Shown here piece by piece: positions 1 through 21,886 of a stretch of DNA of 64,000 bases. The DNA lies in the NCBI GenBank assembly GCA_963693365.1, contig CAVNZM010000015.1, positions 2,480,001 to 2,544,000 on the forward strand, written 5' to 3'. A program made the position numbers and the translations under genes. The stretch is from Amoebidium appalachense (taxonomy: Eukaryota > Protista > Ichthyosporea). The notes beneath the pieces were generated by a model. The model made no database searches, was not told the origin of the DNA, and saw only the letters and a program-made list of their open reading frames with translations. Numbering within the stretch: position 1 is the stretch's first letter; each line of letters starts with the position of its first letter.

Positions 1-584
1 GCCACCCCAAGGCCCCTGCTTGGCCCTGTGCCCACCGTCTGTGCGGATGCTCAGCTGGGCCTCCAGCAGTCTGTGTGCAAAATCCACAGGGGGGCTGGGC
101 TCCAGCAGCATGCAGCGGCCCAGGTAGGCCCGTGCCGTGTAGTGCAGCCGGGCATATGTCTCCACGGCCCCCGGGGCCAGCCGGCCATGGTCCCTGGTGC
201 GGTCTGCAGCCAGCCAGTCCTGCAGGGCCCTGGCCAGCCGCAGCTGCACGTAGGGCGGCAGCTGCTCCAGCAGCCCCACGGGCAGCCCCAGGCCCTGCCC
301 GACCAGCTTGGTGGGCCCCTGCCCGGGTATGCGGTGCGCCACCGTGCCTGCACCGGCCGTCAGCTGCCAGCCCAAGGGCCCTGCTGCAGCCCAGGGGTGT
401 GCCAACCTTGCTCGGCCAGCAGGGTCCACAGGCGGCTGCTGACTTTCTGTGGGGAGCGTCAGTGGTGTTGGTGGCCGTGTTTGTGTGGGTTTGTGTGTGT
501 GTGAGGGGGCAAGGGTGGTAGGGGGGGGGGATTTGGGGGGGGGGGAAGGGGGGGAGGGGAGATGGAGGGGGGGGGGGGAGATTT

Positions 585-616
<32 letters not shown>

Positions 617-3513
617 GTAGAAGGGGGGACTGTGCAGGCTCACCTGTGTGTTGACGCAGGCCACGGCGGCCAGCAGGGGCCAGGCTGGGGGCAGCAGCAG
701 TTGGGTGTCGTCCAGCAGGCCCAGCCGCTCATCCACGGCCCGGTAGTGGCCGGCCAGGTCGCCCTGCAGCCCGTACACCCGGCACCCCTGATAGGCCCGC
801 TGCACCAACAGTCAGAACGGCCCGCCCTGCTGCAATCTAGCCCGGGCAGGGGCACACCTTGAGGGTGTCGTGCAGCTGTTGGGTGCCCTGCCTGGTATCG
901 GCCAGCAGGCGCTGATGCAGGCACTCGACCATCAGCCCGGGTGGCCCCAGCAGCCTGGCCGGGCTGTCCTCAGCACAGCCCAGCACCACCTCCACCAGCA
1001 CACGCCCCAGCCCCCCCTCCCTAGGCCCCGTCAGAATACCCACCCTCAACCAGATTCCTCCCTGCAGGCGGTGTGGGCCTACCGGTCTGCAGAGGATGCA
1101 TGGTCGGCCGGGCTCAGCATAAGCTGCGGGGCACGTCAGCACGGCTACCTGTTGCACGGGAATGCAGGGGGGGGGGGGGAAGGGGGGGCTCTACCTGTCG
1201 GATGCAGGGCACCAGGCAGGCCTGTGCCGCCAGCCACACGACCCAGTTGCTCTTGACTCCGGCCCTGCCCGGCCGTCAGCCCTGGCCTAGAGGCCCAGCC
1301 AGGGGCACGTACCTGTGCAGATAGCTGAAGGCCACCCCCACGGCCCCACATGTGGCCGGCTCTCCGCCCAGTGCCAGCAGCTGGTCGGCCAGCAGCCCCC
1401 ACACCCACCCCTCTGCCCTCCCTCGGCTTAGCTCAGGCCCATCTATGTGCCCTGCAGGGCCAGCACCCTACCTGCTGTCGGGACCCTGGCTGCTGCCTGT
1501 ATGCGGCCGCCCATAGCCATGCCCAGCACCTGCAGAAACTGGCACGACTGCAGGGCCCAAGCCACCGTCAGCACCCCGTGCCTTCCCCTGTGGCCGTGTG
1601 CACGCACCTCTGTGTGGCGGGGGTGCAGGGCATCCAGGGCCGCATCCACGTGCCTCTGGGCCAGCAGCCGGTCCAGCAGCCACTCGGCCGCCTGCTGCTG
1701 CTCCTGCGCCCCCAACCCCCTTGGTGCCTGTCCCTCCAATCCCCCCGGCAACCACAGGCACAGGAACAGCGCCTACCGGCAGGATCCAGCCCGTAGGCAG
1801 GGTGTCTTGTGGGGCCAGGCAGCCTCTATCATCCAGGGCCCACCACCAGACCGTGCACACGTCCACCAGCGGCAGCATGTGGCCCCGTCCTGCCCCTGCC
1901 GTCAGCCCCAGCAGGCCATGCCGGGCCCAGGGCACGTACCAGCCACGGCCAGCAGCTCGGCCAGGTGGCGCCGCCGCTCCCTGGCACTAGCTACCGACAC
2001 CTCCAGCGGCCACCCCACAGACCCAGCCTCGGCCGCCTGCCCCAGCCATCATAAGCCCGGCCCAGCAGCAGGCAGGGAGGGGGGGGGGGGGGGGAGGGGG
2101 GAGGGGGGATGTCACGAACCTGCTGGCCCACCAGGTACGGCGCCAGTCCCAGGCACGCCTGCTGCACCTGCACACAGCCCGTCAGGACCAACTCCCCGTG
2201 GCCCAACCCACCCCAGCTAGCCACCCACGGCCTGTTCGGCTGCGGCTGCGACCTCTGGGCCCTGCTGCCTGCTGCTGGCCTTCCACAGCTGCGCCAGCAC
2301 GGCCTGGCCCTCCTGCACACCCCCTCAGCCTGCTGCCTGCCCTGCCACCACCACACGGCGCGAACAAAAAGGGTGGCTAGAGGTCCAATATACGGCCACA
2401 AGTGGCAGGCACAGTGCCCGCCCTCCCCCTCTTCCTCCCCTCCCCCTCCCCCTTCCCCTCATATCGAAGTGGGCACGTACCGGCCTCAGGCCCTTTGCAG
2501 CAAAGTCAGCCAGGACATGGCGCAGCACCTGTCCAACCTGTCAGCACCACCCCCAATCAAGCCACACCCATCTCTCGCCTTATATATATGTCTCGAATCA
2601 CCAACCAGTAGGGTGTGTCTACGACCGAAAAGGAGTGTGGCACCGGACCACCACGAACAACTGAGGAGCTACACAAACTGACCAATAAAAATGCTTGGCC
2701 AGTCCTGCCATACGTTTCCACAATTCCAGAAAGTTCTCATACAGCAACCACGACCACATAAAATAGACCATTCTAACCAGTCAGTCTTTCAGAGCCATTC
2801 CTCCCCCTCCCCCCTCCTCCTTGCACTGTGCACCCACCTGCCCGGCCCCTCCCTGGCTCCCAGGCAGACTTCCTTGCTCTGTCCCCAGCTGGTCCAGCGT
2901 CAGCAGTCCGGCCTCCAGACAGGACCCTGTGTGTCTGTAAGTGCGCGCCACGCCATGCATTCCTCCCTTATCCTCCCCCTCTCCCCTCCCCCCCCCCAAC
3001 ATGTACAGTCTCAACCCCACCACCATCCCCACCACCCCCCTTCGTACCCGTACCTAGTAGGCTTCCAAGCAGCTGCAGCTGTGGAGGATGGCCCTCGTGC
3101 CGCTCTGCCAGTCGCCAAAGCGCCAGTCCCAGCACACGTCCTGACGCGCCCTATGTGCACCGCTTGTTAGCAGTCGTCCCCTCCCCCTTTCCCCCACACC
3201 TTCCTATTGCCGCCTGGGCTGTCCGTCCCACCTCCTCTTGCAGTGTTGTACTCAGGCCGGGCCAGGCGTCCAGGAAGACGCGCCAAAGGCCATCAGCCAC
3301 GGCCCCACTGTGCAGCCGTCAGCCTGCGGCCTACCACACACCCAACCCCCAGGGGCGCCTACAAGGAGGCGTCGACCAATCCTGATGCAGCCTGAGGGTG
3401 AGGGAGGGGATCAGTATGTGGCCTCTGTAAGGCCCAGCAGGGACACGCACGGTGCAGTGGCGGGCCAGCAGGTCGCTCAGCCGGCGCTGGACCACGAGCA
3501 CGTCCTCGGCCAT
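1..3513 (-). CDS. Multi-exon gene for an uncharacterised Leu/Ala-rich, probably alpha-helical protein; continues past the left window edge
   Basis: ATG at 3513. GT..CTRAC..AG introns join in frame: MAEDVLVVQRRLSDLLARHCT|AASGLVDASF|GAVADGLWRVFLDAWPGLSTTLQEE|GASGRVLGLALWRLAERHEG..., later WLLDRLLAQRHVDAALDALHP. No family recognised. Confidence 0.7.
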
Positions 3514-3994
3514 ACTTGTGCTGTGCGTGTGTGCTGCTGACAGACAGCACCTGGCCTCGGGCCTCGAGCCCGCATCACCTGGGTCCACACAGACACAAAG
3601 GCAAAGCCCTGAAGCTCCAACGGCCCACCTTTTGACACGAGCAGGTTTTTGTAGCCCTGTTCTTGTGCCTGCGAGCTACAGCTTTACCCAACCACGCCTC
3701 TTTTTGCAAACCACAACTAACACTGGCAGGCTGCCAACGCTAACCGTGCCGGTTTCAAGTTCCCACCCTCGACATCCTGCATCCCGGCTCTACAGTGATA
3801 CTGGATCACGGTGTTCTAGTGAGCTAACAGTGCAGGCTGTTCCAGCCAACCGGTTATGTGATTGGCCACTACGTGAAATGGCGCCAAGTTCCATGTACTT
3901 GAGTCACCCGAGGTTTTAGAACTGTAGGCCTACTCCCGCTGCCGTTTGTACATAGCGCCCAGGGCCCCAGGTAGCCCCGGTGCTGTTTTCAACC

Positions 3995-4558
3995 ATGGCG
4001 CTGCAGCTGGGCCAGCGCGTGGCTGTGGGCGCAGCAGGCGGCCATGAGCGGGCCACGGTGCGCTACATAGGCCCCGTGCACGGCACAACCGGTGCGTGGG
4101 CATGCAGGGCAGGCACAGGAGCAGGGGGCTGATAGCAGGTGCAGGGGTGTGGGTGGGGGTGGAGTGGGACAATCCGGAGAGGGGCAGGCACGACGGCAGC
4201 CACCAGGGCACAGCATACTTTGCCTGCAGGTGGGCACACACGGCCGGGGTTTGGTCTCAGGCGGTGCACCAGGGGGGCTAGCCAAGTGGGGCACATAGAT
4301 TATGGTGTAAGGCCTGGTGATCTGATGTAAAGACGGGACGGTGGGGGGCAGGTAGCAAAGTATATTCCTCCCTCTTTTCGACGCCTGACCCTGCTGGCTG
4401 CAGCCATCCTACCGGGGGCTCGTTTGTGCGGCCCGACAGGCTACTTATGTCCTGTGACGTGCTCACGGCTGCGCGGCAGCGCTACGGCCCAGGCCAGACC
4501 GTGGAGGGGGCTGACCTGCTGTTTGCAGCAAGGTGTGTGTGTGTTGGGGGATGGGGGT

Positions 4559-4591
<33 letters not shown>

Positions 4592-6208
4592 AGATTATTA
4601 GGGGTGGGAGGAAACGGGAGGTAGTGACGGCAGGGACCGGCAGGCAGGTGGGGCTGCACGAGCTGTTGCACCTGGGGCTGGGCGGCACCCTTGTGGGCTA
4701 TGTGGGCTGCACCCAGGCCCTGGCCGAGCAGCTGCCAGGTGGGTGGGTCAGCCCCTGTCAGTGGTCAGTGCAGTCTGGGGCTGACCCGTGCACAGGGGTG
4801 CACAGTGTGGACCTGAGCCGCACGCTGGTCAGTGACTGGCTGGTGCTGGCCCAGCTGGCCGAGGGCCTGCCTGCCCTGCACACCTTGGACCTCAGGTGCG
4901 TGCCTGCTGCCACCAGCCCCAGCTCGGTGTGGGTCTAACAGGCTGGGCTGCAGCGACAACCCCCTGCCCCCCGCACTGCCGGCGCTGCCCCTGATGGCCA
5001 ACCTGTGCTGCCTGGGCCTCAACCGGGTGGCCGGCCTGACCTGGGCCCTGGTACGCCCCCGGCCTGCTTGCTGCCTGCTGGCTGGGTGCAGGCTGACGGG
5101 GCTGCAGGTGGTGGAGCTGCAGGGCCACCTGCCCGGCCTGAGGGAGCTGCACCTGGGCGCCTGTGCCCTGCCCACCCTGCTGCACCCACGGTTCGTATGC
5201 AGGTGTGTGTGTGGCAGGCCTGGCCTGAGCATGGCTGAACGGCTGGTGGTGCAGGGTAGACCCTTCCAGCGCCTTCCAGCAGCTGCAGGTGCTGGGCCTG
5301 CAGGACAACCAGCTGCGGGAGTGGTACCACGTCGCCAGCCTGGCCCGTCTGCCCAGGCATGTGCCCTGTTAGAACACCGTGCTCGGCCCTGGGCATGTCC
5401 GTGGCTGACTGGCCTACTGCAGACTGCACACCCTGTTGGTGGGGGGCAACCCCTTTGAGCATGTCGACACACCCCCTGGGGAGTTTAAGGCCCTGACCAG
5501 CCTGTCGCTGGCCAACAGCAGCCTCAGTGAGGTGGGCCTGGCCAAGGTCTGTTGCAGGCCGCAGCAGAAGGGACCACTGACGGGTCGGGTCAGTGGGTGT
5601 CGGTGGGCCGACTCGGTCAGCTGCCGGGCCTGGTGGACCTGCGACTCACCAGCAGCAGCCTGCCTGGTAGGTTGGCCTGGGCCCCTGGTATGGGCCAGCA
5701 AGACCACTGAGCAGGCGCAGGGGGCCAGGACACGGTGCGCAGCCGCATAGTGGCCATGCTGCCTGGCCTGCAGGTGCTTGACGGCAGTGAGGTACACCCA
5801 TGACTACTTCCTCCCCCCCCTCCCCCCCTCTCCTCCCGTGAGAAACACCCACTCTGGTTGGCTGCAGGTGACCCCGCGTGAGCGCACGGATGCCGAGCGC
5901 TGGTACCTGCAGGCACATGGCCAGGACTGGGCCACTGTGGCTGCCCTGCCCCCTGCCTCCGAGGCAAGGAAGGCCTTCATGGCCCAGCACCCCACCTTTG
6001 CCGCCCTGGCAGACCGTACGTGCCGCCCTTCCCTTCCCTCCCCCCCTTTCCCTGCTCTCCCCCCCTCCCCATCCCCCCCCCCTATCCCCCCGGGAATGGA
6101 TTGTTGACGGGTATGACAGGCCATGGCTGGCAGGGCCCAGCCCCCACAGCACCAGCAGCTACCACACTGCGCAATAAGCTGCTAGGTACGCGGTGGGGCT
6201 TGTGCTTT

Positions 6209-6239
<31 letters not shown>

Positions 6240-6807
6240 GGATGGCTGAGGGGCCATGGCCACACAGAGCTGACACTGCAGCTGGAGGGAAGCACGGCAC
6301 CACCGCTGGTTAAAAGGGTCCCAGGTGGGTTGGCTGTGTGTGCTGTGTGGCATGCTGGGTTGTGTCCTTTAATGGCACATATCCTGTTGGGTTGTGTATT
6401 TTGATGGCATGCATCCTGTTGGGGTGTGTTCTTTAATGGCATACATTTTCGTGTCCTTTAAGATCATACCCTTTTTGCTTTCTTCCATGGCATACCCTTG
6501 CATACGTCTTTGTGTGTGCCCATACGTGCATGTATGTGGCTATGTGCTGACCGGGGCCGCAGAGGGCCTGACTGTGGGGCGGCTCAAGGCCATGGTGCAG
6601 GCCGGGCTCAAGGTACCGGCCAGGGCCCAGTGCCTGTGCTGGGCCGATCCCGACTACGTAGGTGCCCCCTGGCCAGGCCCACCTGGCCGTGTGCTGACTG
6701 GGGCTGGGGGGCAGGAGGCACGGGTGGTGGAGCTGCAGGACGACCTGCGCACCCTGGCCTTCTACCAGCTGCCCCCATGTGCCACAGTCACAGTCACCAT
6801 CCGCTAG
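3995..6807 (+). CDS. TBCE: Tubulin-folding cofactor E (CAP-Gly + LRR + C-terminal ubiquitin-like domain), multi-exon
   Basis: [12 protein letters not shown]...[41 protein letters not shown] (CAP-Gly); LRRs ([31 protein letters not shown]); [10 protein letters not shown]; Ubl tail LTVGRLK...[14 protein letters not shown]; stop at 6805-6807. Confidence 0.93.
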
Positions 6808-7151
6808 GTGCTGCCTGTCCGTGCCCGCTTGCTGGCCGGGCCACTCGGGGGGGGAGCTGTGTCGGGCTGTTAGTGTGGCACAAAGCAAGCAGCCACATGC
6901 ACGTAGGACACCATATATATGAATGCCCCTGGTGGGCTCCAAGAAAATGCACGTATGTATGCCCCTGGTGGCACTAAGTGACAAACATGCACCTATGCCC
7001 CTCTCTTAGTGGCCCATGCATGCCTGTCCACCCACCTGCCGTTGTGTCGGGTGCAAACAGGTCGTCATCCATGCCCTCATCAATAGCCGCCAGCTGGCTC
7101 CTGCCACCAAAAACCATCAGATAACAGCACAGCTCTCACAATCCCACAAGG

Positions 7152-7243
<92 letters not shown>

Positions 7244-7246
7244 CAC

Positions 7247-8978
<1,732 letters not shown>

Positions 8979-9649
8979 CCTGGGAAGAATATGGGGGGCT
9001 GCAGGGGCAGGACACACGGGCAAAGCTCAATACAAGCAAGTGTGTCTGTGCCCACCCTGGTGTATGCTGCGTCTGCCTGCTTGCCCCTGTGCAGGTGCTG
9101 TGTCCGTGTGTATGAGTGATGGTTCCTGTGATTATGTGTATGCCGTAAGTTGAACCTAGTTCACCGTGTGGGCACCATGGGTAGCGGCCAAGCAGGTCTA
9201 CTGATAGATCAATGTTTCACTTTCAAACGTGTGCAATTGTACACATGGGCAAGGAGAGCTGCCCGCGAAGAATATGCTAACACACACACACATGCCTCTG
9301 GGCAAGGAGAACAGCCCGGCACACTTGTGTATGCAGCACCCGTGTGTTGCCCCTTGTGCCCTATACTCTCCCCTGAAGAGTGTCTACCCCGCACACAGAG
9401 GCACCTAATTGCACCGCCAGTAGCTAGCAGGCACTCACCAGCACGGGGCCCGGCAGAGTCTGTGCAGCGCCCTCGGGCTGTCCGGCTAACGGTGCGGTCT
9501 TGCCCTGGCTGTTCTGTATACAGCACCTTGCCAGCAGGCCGTATTGCTGTCTGCACGCCTCTGGCCCTAGCCTTTCAACGCAAGGACTATTTTTGTAGCT
9601 AGTTTCCTGCCCTCCGCGAGCAAAGAGGCAGGCTGCTTCTGTCTTCTGT

Positions 9650-9995
9650 GTTGCCCAATAGCTGGTAATTCTTTTTGTGTTGCTGGCTGCCTACCAACAT
9701 GTTTTTTGCAAACGTTGTTAGTAGTTACCTAATAGCAATTATTTTTCGTTGTTAGCAGTTACCTAAAGGCATATTATTGCTTATTCCTTTTTAATAGTTG
9801 CCTCATGGCACAGCATGGTTCAGTCCTTGTTAACACAGGTGCCTATTAGCACAAGTTGATTCTTTCGCAGTTAATTCCCTCACAGTAGCATATGATACTG
9901 CCTTGTTAGTAGCTGCCATATATTGTTTTTGTTGTTAATAGTTGCCTAACAGCATACTATGGCTCAATAGTTCGTCGTTACTTGTCACTATCATT
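9650..9995. repeat. Degenerate AT-rich ~35-bp minisatellite (core ttgttaRtagttRcctaatagc) in the RAD52/MAPKAPK2 intergenic region
   Basis: About 8 imperfect copies, e.g. gttagtagttacctaatagc, gttagcagttacctaaaggc, ttaatagttgcctcatggc, gttaatagttgcctaacagc. Confidence 0.7.
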
Positions 9996-10083
9996 TGTTG
10001 TTGCAAGGTAACTGTGAGGTAACGTCACATACGTATGACTTGGTGCGATGTGTGACTCAGCAGATCTAGACCGCTATTTTGAT

Positions 10084-10099
10084 TTCAAATGGCCCGCGC
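10084..10099 (-). promoter_or_regulatory. Putative CDE-CHR (DREAM/MuvB-type) element oriented toward RAD52
   Basis: Minus strand reads GCGCGG-gcca-TTTGAA, the CDE + 4-nt spacer + CHR arrangement. Motif match only. Confidence 0.35.
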
Positions 10100-10479
10100 A
10101 GCTGAGTGTGTGACGCGCAACCAGTTCGGCCCGGGCCCAAACAGGCTTTACTTTGTACATGTGTGAGTTTCACTGCACAGGTACTAGTACTATGTAGTAG
10201 ACGTGTAAGCAGCACCTTTCGAAGACTTTGCATGCCGTTTCTAACCTCACTAGTGAAAAGTGTATGTTTACACGCAACTAGTGCCCTTCCCTTTTGCGCG
10301 CTGAACTCCTTTTTGCCCTTTAGCGCTGTGCGGTGTGCGCACTTTCTGCTGTGTAGCGGTGTGCTGTGCGGCGGCCAAGGCTGTGCAAGTATCTGCAAGG
10401 CAACTTAGGCAAGCCCTCTGTTCCTGTGTCGCCCTTTCCCTGCCCGCACCTGCGAGACCCCCTTGCACGTGTGGGCGGC

Positions 10480-14112
<3,633 letters not shown>

Positions 14113-14130
14113 CTGGGCCCTAGGTGGGCC

Positions 14131-18563
<4,433 letters not shown>

Positions 18564-18716
18564 GGCGGCAGGCGGCTGGACAACGCACAGGCACACAAAG
18601 GCACCAAGTGCGCTTTGCAGAACTAATTAGGGAGCGAGCGCCCTCACACAGAGTAGCAGCCAGCTGGCTAACAGCAGGGCCTACAGCAGAGTACTCTGCA
18701 ACACGGCCCATTGCTG

Positions 18717-18757
18717 TTACGTAATCGCGCCAGGCAGGTGAGCCACCGATGACGTAA
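18717..18757. promoter_or_regulatory. Pair of bZIP-type sites (TTACGTAA, TGACGTAA) upstream of ZFAND1
   Basis: gTTACGTAAtc at 18717-18724 and gaTGACGTAAtc at 18750-18757, ~150-200 bp upstream of the ATG. Motif match only. Confidence 0.35.
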
Positions 18758-21700
18758 TCACGACAGCACACAGTGCCACCCCTGGCACGGGGACACAGCA
18801 TGGCACATGTTGGTTGCCATGTTCGGAACACACTGGGCCAGCCTGCACAGCACAGAGCCGGCCGGGGTATTATCTGTCTACACCAGCCGGCACACCAGCC
18901 GCTACGCCGTATACTGTGCGTGGGACCCGTTGTGGCTTTGCCGGCTGCTTTTGTGCGGCACGAAACTAGCATGCGCAGCCAAAAAAAAAAAAAAAAAGAC
19001 TACTATAATCGCACAAGGATTCTGGGTTTTGCAAACTTTTTCAGCATGAAGGAAATGTATTCTGCTGGTGTGGCTGCGGCCCGTGTGTGGGTCGTCTCCC
19101 ATTCATACACACGTAGTGTGCAGGGGCGCCAGACGTCCATATTCATACGCACTAGTACTACATTGTTAGCTGTGTTTGTTCCGCTTGGCAAAGAACCATG
19201 CATGATGGCCATGGGGCAGTTATCTGTGGCACTCACCGTCAGTGCACGGCAGCTGTTGTACTGGCCCGTATTTATCGATATTCTTGTCTGAATACCACTA
19301 GGCCGGTGGGGCAGTGCTTGGGGCCACCCCAACCATCTCCCAGGGCTAGGTGGATGCACGCAGTGTGAATAGTTCACATGACCGGGCCACTCCTTTAGTG
19401 TTAGGGGGCATTTCAATTAAAAATATGCCCAGATTTATGTTTATTTGTTTTGTATTAAAGTTTGCACATGCCACATATATATGTGGAGCCTTAAGACTCC
19501 ATGTATGAGCGCTCTCCGATCCGGGTGAATTTATTCGAGCGTGAAGAGTGTGATCATCGAGTTTTACAACTGGAACATGGCCTCCCACCTAGGTGGCTGC
19601 CTTCCCTTCCCAACAGCACTGAGCCCTCCTTCCATCTCCTCCCACCACTCCTTTGCTCACACATGCCACCCAGTCAAACACCCATGGGCAGTTGCCCTGT
19701 TTACATATCCCCGCCCTCCATGTGACACACCCTTAAATTTCTGTTCATCCGTGCGTCCCTCGTAGATCTGATGTACAACATGACGGTAGGGAAGTATCAC
19801 GTGGCGCCGTAGCCAACGAGGTTTGGACACATGTATAGGCTCGGGCTGAGACAAAGCTGATAAATAACTTGGCGGCCCCGTGGCACTAGGCCTTGATGAG
19901 AACGTGGTGCTGCTGCATACACTCCTTATGGCTATATTATTTTTCATCCTCTGCAAGACTGAGTAGCGCTGCTTTTGTTCCCGGGAAGCCATCTTGCTGC
20001 CAGCTAGATTTGATGCTACGGGCCGCATATGCCATCGGACATATGTACCCTGAATAGTACAGCTCTGCATCAGTGCCAGCCTCCAATCTGTGTATCCTCA
20101 TGGCCTCAACATTTGCAACATCAATCTCGTCTTGCCACAACCGTTTTCCATCAGCTAGCGGTGGGCGGTGGGTGATGGGCTGTGCACCCTTTGCAGTGCA
20201 CCAGTTCAGACATATATGCGGCACAATGGCTAGGCAGCAAGGCCCAGCCCAGTGGGCCATACTGGTTGGCCCACCACCCTCCCGTAGCACCTCATGGTAG
20301 TCATTGAGCTGGCAGCTCCAATGGATCAAAAGCCCCAGTCTGCTCCCTCAGCCAATACCGGAACCATTCTCATTGGCCGTGGCATGGTTTCACCGTCCCT
20401 TGGTCGGACATTTCGGAAAGATTCGGCAGTCAATATGAGCATCGACTGGGAGGGGGGGGGGGGGGACAGGGGCGATTAATTACATTCTAAAGCTATCCCC
20501 CAACCTCCCCCCTCCTGCCCCCCCCCCCCTGGCCCCCTTCGGTTGATGATCATATCAGTTGACGAGTCTTTTGTGGATAGCGGTAGAACGTGGTCAATCG
20601 TTTCTGTCCCCATCCCCCCCCCCCCCCGCCCCCCTCCCTTTTTTCCTCCGCCGCTCCCCCTCCCTTTTTCCCTCCGCCGCTCCCCCTCCCCCCCCCCCCC
20701 CTCCCCCCCCCCCCCCCCCCGCTCCCGTGCCCCCTTCCACACACACACCCACGCATGCGCACACATAGTATAAGTGACTGACGTGCAGCTAAGTTTTCGA
20801 CATATACCCCCCCCCCCCCCCCCCCCCCCTCCCCCTCCTCCACTTTTTCCCTGCTGGCCCCCCTTCCCGTGCAGGCCGGGGTACACCATTCATCCCCTTG
20901 AATCCTTCTCGTTCCCCTTTGACCTAAACCATCCTGTCCCACAGCTTCCTTCCACTCAGCAACACACAAATGCTCACCATTCTCTTTACCTTCCCCCTCC
21001 CCCCCCCCCCCCCCCCATCTCCCCCTCCCATCTTCTTGCATGGACAGATGCAGTCCATTGCGCAAACACGAGAGGGTGTACCGTGTAGCTGCTGTGTATC
21101 CCACCAGAGGCAAGCCTGAATCACTGTTGAAACGCAACCACAACCTACGACCTCAACACCCCTCGGCTGCCTGTTGACGTTTGTGATGCCATAGGGTGAA
21201 CAGCCCTCCCCGTGCCAATTGGCTTGCATCTATATTAGGGTGCACTGTGCTATACACCTACTGTGTGACTGCAATTAGGAAAGATTTGGCACGGGGCTGG
21301 ACATGCAGGCACCAGTGTATCATGTGGCTGAGTCAGTCTACCTGCACCTCCGAGTTGCTGGCCTGGGGGGGGTGGGAAACCAGCCACACCCTTATATGTT
21401 ATGTATGTATGGCCTTGGGTGAATCCACATCAATTGTAGTGCGCTCTGGCTGCGCCCTAGCTACCCTAGCCCAGCAGCCTGGCCAGGACTTCAAAACATG
21501 CATTGCTGCCGATAAATATTGGGTGCATGGCGTTATATGAATTTGTGGAGATACTTATGTATGCCGCCTGATAATATTAGGTGCCACGGCATGGCATTAT
21601 AATAAGAATACGTGGAGATGTGATATGTGAGATGTGTGTACTATTTCAGGTGCATGGCCATGTGCATGCGCAAAGGGAGTGCCAAACAAAGATGCTCAGC

Positions 21701-21886
21701 CCTGCCGCACGGTGTGTTTTTATATGCACAGACCACTTGCCACCTGGCAGATATGGATATATACTAGGAGTGTGTGTGTGTGTGTGTGTGCATCACTATA
21801 CTGTAACGGTTTAAACAGCACATGTTTTGGTTGTGTTGCCACACATAGATGGCAGCTATGTGTGCACTGGCCCCTCACATGGGCTG

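Noticed and set aside
6920-6975. CTCF-like tgcccctggtgg motifs
   Set aside because: Imperfect match explained by a short local repeat; CTCF is not expected in this lineage.
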